Source of the DNA: Bacteroidota bacterium
GTDB lineage: Bacteria; Bacteroidota; Ignavibacteria; UBA10030
DNA: 47,448 nucleotides
NCBI GenBank assembly: GCA_015661185.1
Contig: JACVXU010000001.1
Coordinates: 1-47,448 of the forward strand
Direction: 5' to 3'
Shown: in pieces, positions 46,199 through 47,448 of the stretch
Layout of the letters: each line of letters begins with the position of its first letter
How positions within the stretch are numbered: the stretch's first letter is position 1
Position numbers and translations under genes: made by a program
The notes under the pieces: model-generated
Database searches by the model: none
The model's input: only the letters and a program-made list of their open reading frames with translations
What the model was told of the DNA's origin: nothing

Positions 46199-47448
46199 GT
46201 GATCGCACGCTATACACGCCCGGAGATGGGCAAACTCTGGGAAGATGAAAACAGATTCCGCATCTGGCTCGAAATCGAGATCCTGGCATGCGAAGCGCAA
46301 GCTCAACTCGGTGTGATACCGATGGAGGCGGTCGAAAGTATCCGTGCAAAGGCCAGTTTCAACGTCGACCGGATCCTTCAGATAGAAGAACAAGTCAAGC
46401 ACGACGTGATCGCTTTTCTCACCAACGTGGGAGAGTATGTCGGACCCGAGTCGCGGTTTATCCATCTCGGAATGACCTCGTCGGATGTGTTGGATACAGC
46501 TCTTGCCGTTCAGATGAAGCAGTCCGCAGACCTGCTCCTCGAAGACCTCGAGTCATTGAAAGCCGTCCTCGCACGAAGGGCGAAAGAGTTCAAGCACACG
46601 CTCATGATCGGGCGCACGCATGGAATCCATGCCGAACCGACGACATTTGGGCTGAAACTAGCGCTCTGGTATGCAGAGACAGTTCGAAACATCGACCGCC
46701 TGAAACATGCAAGAGAGACTATTGCTGTCGGACAGATCTCGGGGGCAGTCGGTACCTATGCCCACCTGGATCCATTTGTGGAACGACATGTCTGCGAGAA
46801 GCTCGGTCTGAAGCCGGCTCCGATCTCGACACAGGTGCTGCAACGCGACCGGCATGCCGAATTGATGAGTACGTTGGCCCTCTGTGCGAGCTCGCTGGAG
46901 AAATTCGCTACTGAAATCCGTCACCTTCAGAAGACTGAAGTGCTCGAGGTCGAGGAGTACTTCTCGAAGGGGCAGAAGGGTTCATCGGCCATGCCGCACA
47001 AACGGAACCCGATTACGTGTGAACGGGTTGCCGGTCTGTCGCGCGTGCTGCGGGGAAATGCAATGGCGGCTCTCGAAAATGTTGCGCTGTGGCACGAACG
47101 GGATATCACCCACTCTTCCGTCGAGCGCGTGATAGTCCCGGACAGTTGCATCCTTCTGGACTACATGCTTGTCCAGTTCACAAAAATAGTGGATCAACTG
47201 CTCGTGTATCCGGAAAATATGATGGCGAACCTTGACCGGACTCACGGCCTCATCTTCTCGCAGGACGCTCTCCTGGCACTGACGAAAGCGGGGATGAAGA
47301 GGGAAGACGCGTACCGTATTGTGCAGGAAGAGGCGATGAAAGTCTGGCAGAATGGTCAGAGTTTCCGGAGCCTGCTTGAACAACGGGAAGAGGTGAAGAG
47401 ATTCGTTCCGAGTCAGGAGCTCGACCGGCTCTTTGATCCCCGGCGAAG
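46199..47448 (+). CDS. purB: Adenylosuccinate lyase (3'-truncated by the window edge; absent from the ORF track)
   Basis: Manual translation from GTG 46199 gives [27 protein letters not shown]..., then 'HDVIAFL', '[10 protein letters not shown]', '[12 protein letters not shown]' and the signature '[14 protein letters not shown]'. Confidence 0.96.
   Translation, partial: MIARYTRPEMGKLWEDENRFRIWLEIEILACEAQAQLGVIPMEAVESIRAKASFNVDRILQIEEQVKHDVIAFLTNVGEYVGPESRFIHLGMTSSDVLDTALAVQMKQSADLLLEDLESLKAVLARRAKEFKHTLMIGRTHGIHAEPTTFGLKLALWYAETVRNIDRLKHARETIAVGQISGAVGTYAHLDPFVERHVCEKLGLKPAPISTQVLQRDRHAELMSTLALCASSLEKFATEIRHLQKTEVLEVEEYFSKGQKGSSAMPHKRNPITCERVAGLSRVLRGNAMAALENVALWHERDITHSSVERVIVPDSCILLDYMLVQFTKIVDQLLVYPENMMANLDRTHGLIFSQDALLALTKAGMKREDAYRIVQEEAMKVWQNGQSFRSLLEQREEVKRFVPSQELDRLFDPRR

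Noticed and set aside
46288-46914. 208-aa plus-strand ORF from the track
   Set aside because: It is an off-frame overlap of purB, which the track missed because purB has no stop codon inside the window.

Overview
A 47.4 kb chromosomal window, inferred to come from an Ignavibacteria/Bacteroidota-like Gram-negative bacterium (lpxB/lpxK, a Bacteroidota-type GT2-DUF4922-SpoIID-AmpG cluster, clear SD sites). Bases 1-10.7 kb hold minus-strand accessory genes: SRPBCC protein, GH47 mannosidase, small membrane protein, lipoprotein serpin, Cys-motif beta-barrel, small Cys/His secreted protein, YyaL, a RAYT-type HUH transposase, DsbD and TlpA. Bases 11.2-20.9 kb are a peptidoglycan-salvage-like operon. 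The rest is plus-strand housekeeping: pruA, sucC, gatB, tpiA, GH2-like gene, smc, HAD phosphatase, ICMT-like methyltransferase, lpxB, lpxK, ppdK, queA, ispD, plsY-gpsA-plsY2, htrA-like gene and a partial purB that the ORF track misses. Most notable: (i) five intergenic inverted arrays of short degenerate 7-10 nt units, one enclosing a four-helix-bundle (IVS-protein/Avd-like) gene and the others empty; (ii) a perfect 30-bp GTAG REP-like palindrome plus tandem copies in frame inside the RAYT gene; (iii) a membrane-anchored GH2 lacking both catalytic glutamates, coupled to smc; (iv) an LmtA-like methyltransferase directly before lpxB-lpxK; (v) an HxHxQ DUF4922 protein and a GT2 embedded in the salvage operon. 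All calls come from motifs read by eye; no database searches were run.
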